A DNA stretch of 38,096 nucleotides from a virus. Lineage: Duplodnaviria > Caudoviricetes. The first letter of the stretch is position 1, and each line of letters starts with the position of its first letter. The stretch covers positions 1 to 38,096 of the IMG/VR virus record IMGVR_UViG_3300020042_006745; one strand, written 5' to 3'. A program made the position numbers and the translations under genes. Under the pieces are notes generated by a model. That model saw only the letters and a program-made list of their open reading frames with translations. It was not told where the DNA came from and ran no database searches. This document shows positions 18,800 to 27,957 of this stretch, in pieces.

Positions 18800-19658
18800 T
18801 GTCCCCTCCTTTAACTTTCTTACGAGCCTTCTCAATGATCTCTTTCTTCTGCTCCGGATCAATCATTACTGACTCATCTGATAAGGCGGTCTCAAGTTCT
18901 ACTACATTGGTAGTTTTCTCAAGTAGGCGTTCAATTTGTTCGTCACTCATCTTCACATACTCAACGGTCTTATACTCCTCGTTGTCGATGCTGATGGCGG
19001 TGTTAACCTTCTCAATCTTATCCAAAGCAAAAGATGACTTTGGGATAGACTTCCAACCTCTCTTAACAACAGTCTTACGAGCCATCTCTGAGTAGTCAGT
19101 TGACCATGGCCCAACATCCTTGCGGCCAGTCTCTGAACGATTCTTGATAGCGTCAATTTGTGGCTTCCACATAATCTCGAACAACTTCTCATCGTTGTGT
19201 AGTACAAAGATTGCGTACACAGCTAACACATCGCTGTGCTTGAAGGTCTCCCCCTTCGGCTTGTGGATAATCTCAGGACTTGTCCCTTGAATGAAGTCGA
19301 ACTCATCTCCTCGGTAAACAACGGCAGAAGATACTGACTTGATAATCCCTGTGTCAGAGATAAGTTTGATCATACCCTGGTAACCGGGCATAAGTTTAGC
19401 ATTGCCCTTGAAAGGAACGAGGTAAGCCAAGTTCATCACAGGGTTCAGAGACAACTTGGTCAATGCACAATTGTACACAGCCATTGCAACTGATTGTGGG
19501 TTAGAATTTGCCAACACTTGGTTGTTGTTAGCAGCTTGGATGGCGAAAGACATCTCTCTCATGAGGACTTCTTCTCCTCCCATCAGTTTAATCATTTCCT
19601 CTCTGCGAGGCTCGATGAACGGCATAACCGTCTTTGGTGAAATTGTTATGTTTGACAT
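18792..19658 (-). CDS. recT: RecT-family single-strand annealing protein
   Basis: LSLNPVMNLAYLVPF, GYQGMIKL, VYRGDEF and PWSTDYSEMARKTVVKR motifs. Confidence 0.92.
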   Translation of the reverse strand: MSNITISPKTVMPFIEPRREEMIKLMGGEEVLMREMSFAIQAANNNQVLANSNPQSVAMAVYNCALTKLSLNPVMNLAYLVPFKGNAKLMPGYQGMIKLISDTGIIKSVSSAVVYRGDEFDFIQGTSPEIIHKPKGETFKHSDVLAVYAIFVLHNDEKLFEIMWKPQIDAIKNRSETGRKDVGPWSTDYSEMARKTVVKRGWKSIPKSSFALDKIEKVNTAISIDNEEYKTVEYVKMSDEQIERLLEKTTNVVELETALSDESVMIDPEQKKEIIEKARKKVKGGDNE

Positions 19659-19688
19659 AATTTATAAGTTTTCTTTATTAATGTTTTG

Positions 19689-19719
19689 CGAATGTAATGC
19701 ATTATTCGAAACCCTCCAA
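19689..19719 (-). promoter_or_regulatory. Promoter for recT operon: TTTG-N19-TACATTCG
   Basis: One mismatch to TAnnTTTG with canonical spacing, 30 nt upstream of the recT ATG. Confidence 0.55.
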
Positions 19720-19992
19720 AACTTTTTTTGTAAATTTTTCCAATGTTAATAAATAAGGTTCGTGTTCGAGCTTTATATCTGTACCCCACTTACTAAAAAT
19801 CTGCTTGAGAATCTTCCTTCTCTCTCCTTGAGGAACACTCAAAAGAGCAAAGTCGAAGTATACATATGACTTGGGATCTTGTGGAACGCCCAGAGATATG
19901 CACATCTTGTTAACCCTTTTGTGCATAGTGTCAAGGACCAGGTATGTGTCGGCCCTCTTTAAATACTTCTGACTACGAAAAGATTTTGCCAT
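19702..19992 (-). CDS. Hypothetical protein
   Basis: 96-aa ORF in operon. Confidence 0.6.
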   Translation of the reverse strand: MAKSFRSQKYLKRADTYLVLDTMHKRVNKMCISLGVPQDPKSYVYFDFALLSVPQGERRKILKQIFSKWGTDIKLEHEPYLLTLEKFTKKVLEGFE

Positions 19993-20212
19993 TGTTTCTT
20001 GTGTCCGTTCTCTCTATAGATGACTTTATGTTCTTCCAATCGACAAGGTCTTGCTCCTCAAAAATCATCCTTCCATGAAACAAAGACATCATCCTTTTGA
20101 CCTTAACCTGATCAAACTCTGGTCGAAATATCTTTAGTGCGTTCCTCGGATTGATGTCCTTATCGGCAAAATAGATGAGCCAATTCGCTCTATACTTGTG
20201 CTTCGATTTCAT
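19973..20212 (-). CDS. Hypothetical protein, possibly DNA-binding
   Basis: Basic ORF; likely start MKSKHK at 20212. Confidence 0.55.
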   Translation of the reverse strand: MKSKHKYRANWLIYFADKDINPRNALKIFRPEFDQVKVKRMMSLFHGRMIFEEQDLVDWKNIKSSIERTDTRNNGKIFS

Positions 20213-20558
20213 GCTTGAGGTGTTCAATTTTCTCTCTCATCTGCTCTACCTCGTCACAATACAGGAGGATGGAATCAATGACCTTCATGACCTTGTCTCG
20301 GTCTCTGATAGGCTTCTTCCTACCCACAATGTCGCTCATCCAACGCTGTCCATTACCACACATATGATTGATATAAGCCATGTTTAACACATCTGCATGA
20401 GACCGGCATACCTTAATAAAGGACATAAGTAGGGAATCTCCGATAACCTTTTTCTGTGGCTTATTATCTTGTGTGGTGTTCAAACTATTATTGTGCTGTA
20501 AAATGTGTGCGAGAAGTTTTTTACAAACCAAATGTACTATAAATGTAAGTAGAATCAA
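20190..20558 (-). CDS. Hypothetical, possible HTH regulator (true start probably downstream of 20529)
   Basis: LNMAYINHMCGNGQRWMSDIVGRKK is HTH-like; a promoter lies within the annotated 5' end. Confidence 0.45.
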   Translation of the reverse strand: MILLTFIVHLVCKKLLAHILQHNNSLNTTQDNKPQKKVIGDSLLMSFIKVCRSHADVLNMAYINHMCGNGQRWMSDIVGRKKPIRDRDKVMKVIDSILLYCDEVEQMREKIEHLKHEIEAQV

Positions 20559-20559
20559 A
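20529..20559 (-). promoter_or_regulatory. Promoter TTTG-N19-TACATTTG
   Basis: Plus strand CAAATGTA at 20529-20536 and CAAA at 20556-20559. Confidence 0.65.
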
Positions 20560-20690
20560 ACTTCGCACTGTCTGACTTGTTGCAGAAAGTGATAGTAATT
20601 TTTTTGGAATTGGGCGGTGATCCGGTGAAATGTGGATTAGGAGGACCAGGATCAACTACAACAAGCTCTAACTCACTAAAAATCAGGCAC

Positions 20691-20725
20691 AAAAAAAAAG
20701 GATGCTGAATTAACAACATCCTTTT
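20691..20725 (-). terminator. Intrinsic terminator ending the early operon
   Basis: Minus strand AAAAGGATGTTG-TTAATT-CAGCATCC followed by a long T run. Confidence 0.8.
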
Positions 20726-20747
20726 AAGATTACCCATGATTAAATTC

Positions 20748-20897
20748 TCATTCGAGATTGCAGATGATATGAACTATCGGGAGCATTATTGCTGCTACGC
20801 ATATGACTCCGATAGACTTGGTGAGCAATGCTATGAATAAGACTAGGAGCAAGATGATGTATACCACCACCATCACATTTTCAAATACTCTGTTCAT
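20748..20897 (-). CDS. Small hydrophobic membrane protein (49 aa, not in ORF track)
   Basis: MNRVFENVMVVVYIILLLVLFIALLTKSIGVICVAAIMLPIVHIICNLE, with an ATGA overlap. Confidence 0.55.
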   Translation of the reverse strand: MNRVFENVMVVVYIILLLVLFIALLTKSIGVICVAAIMLPIVHIICNLE

Positions 20898-21142
20898 ATC
20901 TCGTCCCCCGATAGTTTAGGAATTAACCCGAACTGATTCTTGTGGGCGAAGCATAGAACACCGACATCATTTCCTTCCTCGTCTTGCGATGGATATATTT
21001 CTACTCCATCATCCAAGGTGATAACGATTGTGCTGTAGTACCATCCGTTCATTTCGATTTCCTTCTTCGTCATAAATCTTACTGACTTGATGACCTTGCC
21101 GACCAACATCTCCTCGGCTTGTTTTGTCCAATAGTTTTTCAT
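20894..21142 (-). CDS. Hypothetical early protein
   Basis: 82 aa, coupled start/stop. Confidence 0.7.
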   Translation of the reverse strand: MKNYWTKQAEEMLVGKVIKSVRFMTKKEIEMNGWYYSTIVITLDDGVEIYPSQDEEGNDVGVLCFAHKNQFGLIPKLSGDEI

Positions 21143-21519
21143 GCTTCTTCCTCCTCGAAATTAAAGTAACCTTGCGAGGGGCAGTTCTTTGAGTCTTTCA
21201 CATCACCCCAGGCGAGAGAGTCATCCTCTACGAATCTCGGGAAGATAACCCCCTTGTGATTAAAAGCCAAGTTGATGCCTATGCTCCTTCTCTCTCGATC
21301 ATCAGACATCTCCTCGGCAAACTTTGGATTGTCCTTGTTCAGCTCGTAGACGGCATCGTAGAAATCAATTCCTCCGAATACACCGTATCCTTCGTATTCC
21401 TCTTCGATATACTTATTTCCGTTAGGCATTAGCATTATTACTTTGAATGCTCCTCTGCTAGAATGAACATTACTGATTGAGCGATTCGTGTCGCTTGTTT
21501 TCCAAGAAAAAAATCCCAT
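21139..21519 (-). CDS. Hypothetical early protein
   Basis: 126 aa with MGFFSW, YEGYGVFGG and CPSQGYF motifs. Confidence 0.7.
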   Translation of the reverse strand: MGFFSWKTSDTNRSISNVHSSRGAFKVIMLMPNGNKYIEEEYEGYGVFGGIDFYDAVYELNKDNPKFAEEMSDDRERRSIGINLAFNHKGVIFPRFVEDDSLAWGDVKDSKNCPSQGYFNFEEEEA

Positions 21520-21524
21520 GTTGT

Positions 21525-21815
21525 TTATTTTTTTAAGTTATTAAGAATTATAAATGTAGCATAACCTTCAATAAATGTGTCGCTCATGCCTTCCGTAGTG
21601 TTGTTAATCCAATAGTCATTTTTATCTTCGATAGTTATGAAGTTTTGAATAATGTCTGTTTTGAATATATCAAATGCAATTTCTTCAATTACTTCAACCG
21701 AAGCAATATTATCAATAGGCATTTCTCCGTTAAAATTTTGTACTCTAATTCGTTCCCAAGTTCTCGCGGTGTGAATTAGTATTGTGTTGAATATTTGTCT
21801 TTCGAATGTGTTCAT
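21525..21815 (-). CDS. Hypothetical early protein
   Basis: 96 aa with an A-rich start. Confidence 0.65.
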   Translation of the reverse strand: MNTFERQIFNTILIHTARTWERIRVQNFNGEMPIDNIASVEVIEEIAFDIFKTDIIQNFITIEDKNDYWINNTTEGMSDTFIEGYATFIILNNLKK

Positions 21816-21828
21816 CTTGTTTTATTAT

Positions 21829-22041
21829 TTATTGATTTAATATGTCACTTACGAATCCTATCTCGATTCCAATCTCGCATCCATCTGCGATGATATTGCT
21901 GAGATGTTCCTCGGATTCCACTAAAGATTCTGTTCCATTGGCATAGAGACCATAAAGTTCAAATATCCCATGTTTAAAAATCTCTTTTGCTTTATCGTTT
22001 ACAATCAAGTAAACAAAACCGTCATTTGTTGTTGTTGTCAT
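21829..22041 (-). CDS. Hypothetical early protein (paralogous to N-terminus of 22676..23140)
   Basis: Shared TxDGFV...KA...Y..Y...ESL pattern. Confidence 0.7.
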   Translation of the reverse strand: MTTTTNDGFVYLIVNDKAKEIFKHGIFELYGLYANGTESLVESEEHLSNIIADGCEIGIEIGFVSDILNQ

Positions 22042-22053
22042 TGTTTTGAAATA

Positions 22054-22305
22054 TTAGTTAATGTCATTAATGAATTCTACATCCTCGGGTTCATATTCCA
22101 CTTCGTAAACACCATCGTAATCTTCGCAGATGTGTTGAGGAATGTATCCGCACTCTTCAAATAATTGTCTTGCAGATATGTTCACGAATCCCTCACTCTC
22201 CAGCATCTCTACTGCTCGTTGACCAAATGATTCTACCATGTCTGAGTCTGAGAAATACCATTTAAGGAATTTAGACGCAGTTACTGAATTTACTTTTTCG
22301 CTCAT
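22054..22305 (-). CDS. Hypothetical acidic early protein
   Basis: 83 aa, AAACAATG start. Confidence 0.7.
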   Translation of the reverse strand: MSEKVNSVTASKFLKWYFSDSDMVESFGQRAVEMLESEGFVNISARQLFEECGYIPQHICEDYDGVYEVEYEPEDVEFINDIN

Positions 22306-22309
22306 TGTT

Positions 22310-22666
22310 TTAGATTTTAGTTGATTCGATTAATGTGTAATAGTTATCATAATACTCGTTGAACAAGTCTTGTGCATCTTCAGTATAGGTTAACACATCT
22401 GATTTCACATCCTTGTAAATTGTTATGCTCTCTTCCCAGTTCTCTATTAGTTTAGTATGCGCTAATTCTGAAGCAAGTTCAACGGCATTGATTGTAATCT
22501 CGTGTTCATTTTTGATTTCGCCATAGGGAAAATCATTGTGTGAAATATGATTGCAATTTTTACAAAGGTCAGATTCATCCTCGGCATCAAAATCCATTTC
22601 ACTTGCTGGATAATGTTCGTGACATGAATTGCAGATGTACTTATTCTCTTCGATTTCTTTTTTCAT
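22310..22666 (-). CDS. Zn-ribbon-containing early protein
   Basis: CNSC...CKNC. Confidence 0.7.
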   Translation of the reverse strand: MKKEIEENKYICNSCHEHYPASEMDFDAEDESDLCKNCNHISHNDFPYGEIKNEHEITINAVELASELAHTKLIENWEESITIYKDVKSDVLTYTEDAQDLFNEYYDNYYTLIESTKI

Positions 22667-22675
22667 TGTTTTGAT

Positions 22676-23140
22676 TTATTTATTGATTTCTATTAATGTT
22701 CCGTCCGCTTGTTCTTCGTAGTAGTAGTCACTATCATCAACATCCCATTCCGAATAGTAGTATTCTTCCAAGGCATATGCCTCATCAAGAATGAATTCAT
22801 CCGATAGTTCTTTGTATTGGTCAACATTTCTATCTCGTAACCATTTAATCAAGTCAGATTTATTCTCGAAATAAAATTCTCCGTCAAAGCAGCAAAAACC
22901 TTCGTTCATTCCTTTACCGGTAGCAGAATCTTTTCTTGCCCATTTAACCGGATACTGCTTCGATTCGATAGCATAGAATACGAGACCTTTTGTATCCCAT
23001 AGTTCGTCTTCCAAGTGAATCAGAGATTCGCTCTCGTCTTCATATACCTTGTAAACTTCTGCATTTGCTTCAATTAATGCAATTGCTTTCTCTTTGCTTA
23101 TAACTTCCCAAACAAAACCGTCCTTTGTTGTGTACTTCAT
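22676..23140 (-). CDS. Hypothetical acidic early protein
   Basis: 154 aa, apparently two domains. Confidence 0.7.
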   Translation of the reverse strand: MKYTTKDGFVWEVISKEKAIALIEANAEVYKVYEDESESLIHLEDELWDTKGLVFYAIESKQYPVKWARKDSATGKGMNEGFCCFDGEFYFENKSDLIKWLRDRNVDQYKELSDEFILDEAYALEEYYYSEWDVDDSDYYYEEQADGTLIEINK

Positions 23141-23152
23141 AACTTTATTTTT

Positions 23153-23593
23153 TTAGTGATTTGGATTTAATGCGTTACCTAATATGCTGAAGAGAGATTC
23201 TTTCTCGTCTTGGTCAGTTAACTTTAACTTGACGATTCTCTCCACTACGAAACAGTATTCACAATTGTATAGTTCAACATGACCTTGTCTCCAGAGACGG
23301 ATATCATTCTCGTTAGCTCTCATATAGATTCCATGAGCAAAATATTTGCTTAGAACATCTATGTACAAATGTGTAGTGTTATCCTCCTGCTCACACGATT
23401 CGTAGTCAGTAAACTGTCCATCGTGGTCAGTTATTAGATTCATTCTCTCTACCAATTCATCCAGCGATGTGAATTCCTCATTTCGTTTCATATCGTAGGA
23501 ATGAATATGACTTCCGATTCCTTCGTTGACTTCAGCTAAAGTGATTGTACAATTTTCGCTTACCAGTCTATAAATTTCGTTTTTCTTTTGCAT
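23153..23593 (-). CDS. Hypothetical early protein
   Basis: 146 aa, AAACAATG start. Confidence 0.7.
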   Translation of the reverse strand: MQKKNEIYRLVSENCTITLAEVNEGIGSHIHSYDMKRNEEFTSLDELVERMNLITDHDGQFTDYESCEQEDNTTHLYIDVLSKYFAHGIYMRANENDIRLWRQGHVELYNCEYCFVVERIVKLKLTDQDEKESLFSILGNALNPNH

Positions 23594-23605
23594 TGTTTCT
23601 GATTA

Positions 23606-24145
23606 TTAAATTATTGATTCGATTCTTAAAACTTTGTTTCTTACTTGTGTGATAAATCCTTTTGATGAACATAGAGATTGAATGTCGCTAAATCTTACCT
23701 CACTTCCGCAATATTTATATGCTAATCCCATAGGAATGTCACCCCAATTTCCGTATTCATCTTGCATTGTTTTTGCCTTAAGTTTCACTACATCAATAGT
23801 TATACGGCTTTCGTAGTGACCAGACAAATTGCTTTCTCTTCTACCTATCAAAATAGAATTGCCTTCGAAGTGACTATTTTCTTTCCCTTGCTTTTGAATT
23901 ACTGCGTTAGGCAAGTCTTCCTTCAACAAGGAGATGATTCGATAAACTTCTGCTTCGGCTAATTTGTTCCAGTTCTCTCTTGCGATTTTGACATTCTCTG
24001 CGAATTCTATCTTCTTTCTATTCAGCATATGCAATTCGTCTGCATTGATTAGGTTAAAAGACTTTGATGTGTTGAACTGCTCGTTCACTTTAGCGAATGA
24101 ATCTGACATATCCGCAATGATTTGTTGTTGTTGTTTCGTTAACAT
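23606..24145 (-). CDS. Hypothetical early protein (likely start MLTKQQQ)
   Basis: Internal ATG preceded by an A-rich leader. Confidence 0.65.
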   Translation of the reverse strand: MLTKQQQQIIADMSDSFAKVNEQFNTSKSFNLINADELHMLNRKKIEFAENVKIARENWNKLAEAEVYRIISLLKEDLPNAVIQKQGKENSHFEGNSILIGRRESNLSGHYESRITIDVVKLKAKTMQDEYGNWGDIPMGLAYKYCGSEVRFSDIQSLCSSKGFITQVRNKVLRIESII

Positions 24146-24171
24146 AACTTTTGATTTATTGATTTGATTTT

Positions 24172-24519
24172 TTATATGAATTTTCCGTCCCCAAGATCGT
24201 TGAATGTCTCTCCTTCCCGAAAGGACAACAAAGAGCAATCTTGGTAGTGATTCTGAATATCCCATTCTCCGTCAACTTCGACATCAGTATCTACTGAGAA
24301 TGTCTGACAATCGAATTCGGCAATCTCTCTCATCTGACCATATCGAAATGACTCGTCTTTGGAATAGTATCCGTCAATCCAAATCGTGACGAATGTTTTG
24401 TCATCCATGACGAATTCTCTATCTATCTCAATAAAACCAGTATCCTTGTCATTTAAGTAATCATTCAACATGATTTGAATGCGAGAGATTTCATTCTCGC
24501 TTAGTGTGATGTTCTTCAT
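24172..24519 (-). CDS. Hypothetical acidic early protein
   Basis: Likely start MKNITL, 1 nt after the upstream stop. Confidence 0.65.
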   Translation of the reverse strand: MKNITLSENEISRIQIMLNDYLNDKDTGFIEIDREFVMDDKTFVTIWIDGYYSKDESFRYGQMREIAEFDCQTFSVDTDVEVDGEWDIQNHYQDCSLLSFREGETFNDLGDGKFI

Positions 24520-24520
24520 A

Positions 24521-25129
24521 TTATTCGTAGCAGTTAATTTTACCATTCTCTCCGATTGTGTAAATAGATTTCAGATAAGCAGTCAGTCTATCAATGTCTT
24601 CGTGCGGAAGATGTTTGATGAATCCGTCAATCTGAAGGTCAGCAACATATTCCGTATCACATTCCCATATCACATCGTCAACACAATTCTCCAAGTGACA
24701 TCGATATTCTCCTCTTTCGTTTAAATCAACCACTAAAGTGAACTGGTTATAGTCTAAAGAAGTACTATCATCGTCCTCATTCCATTCGTGCAGTTCGTCC
24801 TCGTGAACAAGCCAAAGGTCACCGTCTTCTGTTTGCGTCAGATGAAATATCTCTTTTGTGGATTTGTTTTGAATCTCAGTAAAGGAAGATAGGATGTCAT
24901 TCCAGTTATCCCAATAGAATTCATTGTCACTTCCTTGAATCAATTCGTTTAACATCTCTCTGATTAAATAGTATGAGCGATTGCTATTTTGTATCGCTGG
25001 TGAATCCGTAATGAATTCATATGAGCAGTTAGAATGCAACATCTCTTCGGCAAAGAATTGTGGGATGTATGTTCCCATTGCTCCGTTGAAAAGTAGTATG
25101 GATTTTTGTAGTGATAATTCGTTTCTCAT
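24521..25129 (-). CDS. Hypothetical acidic early protein
   Basis: 202 aa with GxYIPQxFA, YWDNW and DGDLW motifs; AAGACAATG start. Confidence 0.7.
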   Translation of the reverse strand: MRNELSLQKSILLFNGAMGTYIPQFFAEEMLHSNCSYEFITDSPAIQNSNRSYYLIREMLNELIQGSDNEFYWDNWNDILSSFTEIQNKSTKEIFHLTQTEDGDLWLVHEDELHEWNEDDDSTSLDYNQFTLVVDLNERGEYRCHLENCVDDVIWECDTEYVADLQIDGFIKHLPHEDIDRLTAYLKSIYTIGENGKINCYE

Positions 25130-25146
25130 TGTCTTAAAGTTTTGAT

Positions 25147-25812
25147 TTATTTTGATTTGATTTTTGAAATAATTTCTACTGCTTTATCGTGACGATTCTC
25201 TTTTGCTTGAGCAGTATAAACTTGAAGTGAAGAGAAGTCTTCAGAATTGTCCAATACACATTCGTCGTGTGATGTCAAGTAGTAAGCAATAAGGATTTCT
25301 GCTTCGCTTACTGGATAAACTTGCGTCCTACGATTAATCCATTCGAAAGGCAAGTCTAATCCTCTCTCAGTAAATTCTGATGGATACATCCAATCGTTTA
25401 AGTCTTTCAGATTCCTCTTGATTGATTGCTTACTGATTCCAAGGTCATCATATAAATGCACCATCTTTTCTTCCTTAACAATTTCCTCCTCTTTAACAAT
25501 CTCCTCCTCAACAATCTCTTCCGCTGGAATTGGTATAGGTAGATAACATTCCTCTTCAAAATTGTTCCAAGATGGATTGAAATTCGCCCATAGAAATCCG
25601 TTGATGTCTTCACATTGGTGATTCCACATTATATCCGAATTCCATTTCAGTAATGCAATGTATTCCTCACTTACTTCCGTCTCGAATTGAATGTCCATAG
25701 GACAATCGTCTATGTGATAACAAAAGTCAGATTCACCTAACCAGTTAAGGTAGTTAACGATGTCTTGCGCTGACGCGTTTCGATTTAGCATTGGGATTCT
25801 TGAATTGTTCAT
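25147..25812 (-). CDS. Hypothetical acidic early protein
   Basis: Likely start MNNSRI (AAGACAATG); YHIDD motif and EEIV repeats. Confidence 0.65.
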   Translation of the reverse strand: MNNSRIPMLNRNASAQDIVNYLNWLGESDFCYHIDDCPMDIQFETEVSEEYIALLKWNSDIMWNHQCEDINGFLWANFNPSWNNFEEECYLPIPIPAEEIVEEEIVKEEEIVKEEKMVHLYDDLGISKQSIKRNLKDLNDWMYPSEFTERGLDLPFEWINRRTQVYPVSEAEILIAYYLTSHDECVLDNSEDFSSLQVYTAQAKENRHDKAVEIISKIKSK

Positions 25813-25825
25813 TGTCTTATTATTA

Positions 25826-26050
25826 TTAGAAATTGGTTTTGAGTTTAGCGTTAAGAGAATCGAATGTCTCGTTGATTTCATCTATCTCTTTCAGATAGTG
25901 ATTGGTTAATATCTCTGCAAATGGATTAGGGAATTCATCCGAATCTCTCTTCGCTTTACGCATTTCTGCACATAAGTTATTTCTCAATCTTACTGCATAG
26001 GAAGTTAGCATAATGAATTGCTCTTCAGTTAGTGTGTATTTCTTCGGCAT
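25826..26050 (-). CDS. Hypothetical early protein
   Basis: 74 aa, AAGACAATG start. Confidence 0.65.
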   Translation of the reverse strand: MPKKYTLTEEQFIMLTSYAVRLRNNLCAEMRKAKRDSDEFPNPFAEILTNHYLKEIDEINETFDSLNAKLKTNF

Positions 26051-26063
26051 TGTCTTAAATTTA

Positions 26064-26501
26064 TTAATCGTTTAGTGTTAGTTCAATTTGGTAGAAATCG
26101 CTCTCTCTATCTTCTGACAATTCCTCATATTGATAGACATCACCATAGTCTTTTAATCGATTCCCGATTTGCCAGTCTTGATTCGAATCGGATGTAGTCA
26201 CGATAAGTTTTCCTCTACGGATATCGCAAGTGACATCATCGTATTCAGATAGTATTTCCTCTTGTAATCTTTTGAGCAATCTATCTGATTTCATCTGCTC
26301 TCTGATTCTCTTAGATTCTCTCTCGTTTAACACATCTATAGAGAGGTCAATCTCTTCGTGAATCATCTTGAATAGATTCTCATCCTCAGATATGACATGG
26401 ATGTATTTCTTCAAGGTCCTCCGAATAGCACAAAGGCAATCCAGTCTTTCTTGCAAGATGTATTCAGACATCTGCGATAATTGTTTCTTAGTTTTGTTCA
26501 T
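26064..26501 (-). CDS. Hypothetical early protein
   Basis: 145 aa. Confidence 0.65.
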   Translation of the reverse strand: MNKTKKQLSQMSEYILQERLDCLCAIRRTLKKYIHVISEDENLFKMIHEEIDLSIDVLNERESKRIREQMKSDRLLKRLQEEILSEYDDVTCDIRRGKLIVTTSDSNQDWQIGNRLKDYGDVYQYEELSEDRESDFYQIELTLND

Positions 26502-26506
26502 CTCGT

Positions 26507-26773
26507 TTATTTTTTATAGTCAGTAAAGATTAATTCAGCAATCTCATCGAAGTTTATCTCACTGGATGCAGAGAGAAGTAATTCAACAAAGACATTCGGC
26601 AATTCTCTCTCAGTAATCTCTTCCTCGAATTCATTCTCAAGATGTATAGCGAATTCCTTTACTGTCATCGAATTAATCTCTCTCTCATATGTCGAAGAGA
26701 TATCTGAATAGTTATGTAGGTTATGCATATAACACCAAGTCTCGTAGTTCGTAAATCCTTTGTAAGTATTCAT
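26507..26773 (-). CDS. Hypothetical acidic early protein (YxG(W/F)TNYETW-type family)
   Basis: YKGFTNYETW...EINFDEIAE, a pattern seen in small phage proteins. Confidence 0.7.
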   Translation of the reverse strand: MNTYKGFTNYETWCYMHNLHNYSDISSTYEREINSMTVKEFAIHLENEFEEEITERELPNVFVELLLSASSEINFDEIAELIFTDYKK

Positions 26774-26780
26774 TGTCTTA

Positions 26781-27122
26781 TTATTTATTAAGTGATTGAT
26801 TTAAAATTTCGTTTATCTCGTCTTGGACTTCGAATTCAGTCTCATCGTCTGAATCTATGCAGTTCGGCACAAATCCTAATTCAACAAGTCTATCAGTTAT
26901 GCGAATCGCAATGTCTCTGATTCCGTCTTCAGTATTCAACTGATTGTAGTCTTTCCCAAGATGAACTTCTTTCAAGAAAATTGAAATGTTATCCAGTAGA
27001 GCAGTCAATGTCTTTCCCTCAATTAATGACTTCTTATAGTTTACACTAACTGCGTAATAACTCTTTCTACCTTTCTGAACTTGGAATCCAAGACCTTGAA
27101 TTATTTCTAATGTGTTCTTCAT
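26781..27122 (-). CDS. Hypothetical early protein
   Basis: 113 aa. Confidence 0.65.
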   Translation of the reverse strand: MKNTLEIIQGLGFQVQKGRKSYYAVSVNYKKSLIEGKTLTALLDNISIFLKEVHLGKDYNQLNTEDGIRDIAIRITDRLVELGFVPNCIDSDDETEFEVQDEINEILNQSLNK

Positions 27123-27137
27123 ATTATTTACTGGTTA

Positions 27138-27470
27138 TTAGTTTTGAACTGCTCTTAAAACTTCCGCTAGTGATTCATACAGAAAGTGACCGTTGTATTC
27201 CTTGAATCCGAATCGATTTGTCTCTATCTCTGCGTCTGTTAATTCGATTGTCTCGTAATATCCATTTCTTTGTCCATAGGAATCAGTCAAAGCAATGAAG
27301 TAAGTTCTTTTGCTCATATTAATCAGAACATCAGACATAAGATGATTAATTAAGTGATGTAAATCCTCTTTTGTGTATGTCTCAATATGCGATTTCTGAA
27401 TTTCCGCTTTTGTAGATTTCCATAGTTTACTAACTACTTTCTCTAATCTCTCTTGTGTTTCTTGATTCAT
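27138..27470 (-). CDS. Hypothetical early protein (likely start MNQETQ)
   Basis: AAACAAGATG start. Confidence 0.65.
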   Translation of the reverse strand: MNQETQERLEKVVSKLWKSTKAEIQKSHIETYTKEDLHHLINHLMSDVLINMSKRTYFIALTDSYGQRNGYYETIELTDAEIETNRFGFKEYNGHFLYESLAEVLRAVQN

Positions 27471-27492
27471 CTTGTTTACTAGTATTAAGTGA

Positions 27493-27744
27493 TTATTTGA
27501 TTTGACCATATTTGTTGATTACTTCCAGGGCAGTATTAAGAGATTCTCTGCTCATATCGTTATGGCCGAAATCCTCTCCTTTATAAGATACACCAAAGTA
27601 AATCCTTGATTTGAAATCATCTCCTCCAATAGATATAACTCTTCTATATGCAGTTAATGTAACTTCATATCCTTTTGAAGTCTTAGTGACAAAAGATTTC
27701 TCGATTGTTGTTGTAGCTCTTGACTTTGTGATTGTAGTCTTCAT
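27493..27744 (-). CDS. Hypothetical early protein
   Basis: 83 aa. Confidence 0.65.
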   Translation of the reverse strand: MKTTITKSRATTTIEKSFVTKTSKGYEVTLTAYRRVISIGGDDFKSRIYFGVSYKGEDFGHNDMSRESLNTALEVINKYGQIK

Positions 27745-27765
27745 CTTGCGTAAGGTATTAAGTGA

Positions 27766-27957
27766 TTATTTTTTAAATGTTGAAACGATTACTTCTCCTA
27801 GAAGAAAAGCTAGAATAAAAGCGGATGCACTAAGAGATATCAATCCCAGGAAGATAAATCCTCTATTGCTCATATCCTCTCCAAGATTTATAAGTAGAAG
27901 AGATAGAACAAAGCAGATAGTAGTTAGTAAGGCAATTGTGATGTTAGCTTTTTTCAT
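27766..27957 (-). CDS. Two-TM membrane protein, first gene of early operon
   Basis: Two hydrophobic helices. Confidence 0.6.
   Translation of the reverse strand: MKKANITIALLTTICFVLSLLLINLGEDMSNRGFIFLGLISLSASAFILAFLLGEVIVSTFKK

Noticed and set aside
20555-20737. 60-aa minus-strand ORF
   Set aside because: It runs through the early-operon terminator and is more likely non-coding.
25465-25520. Short tandem repeat encoding EEIV(E/K)E
   Set aside because: An ordinary in-frame low-complexity linker.
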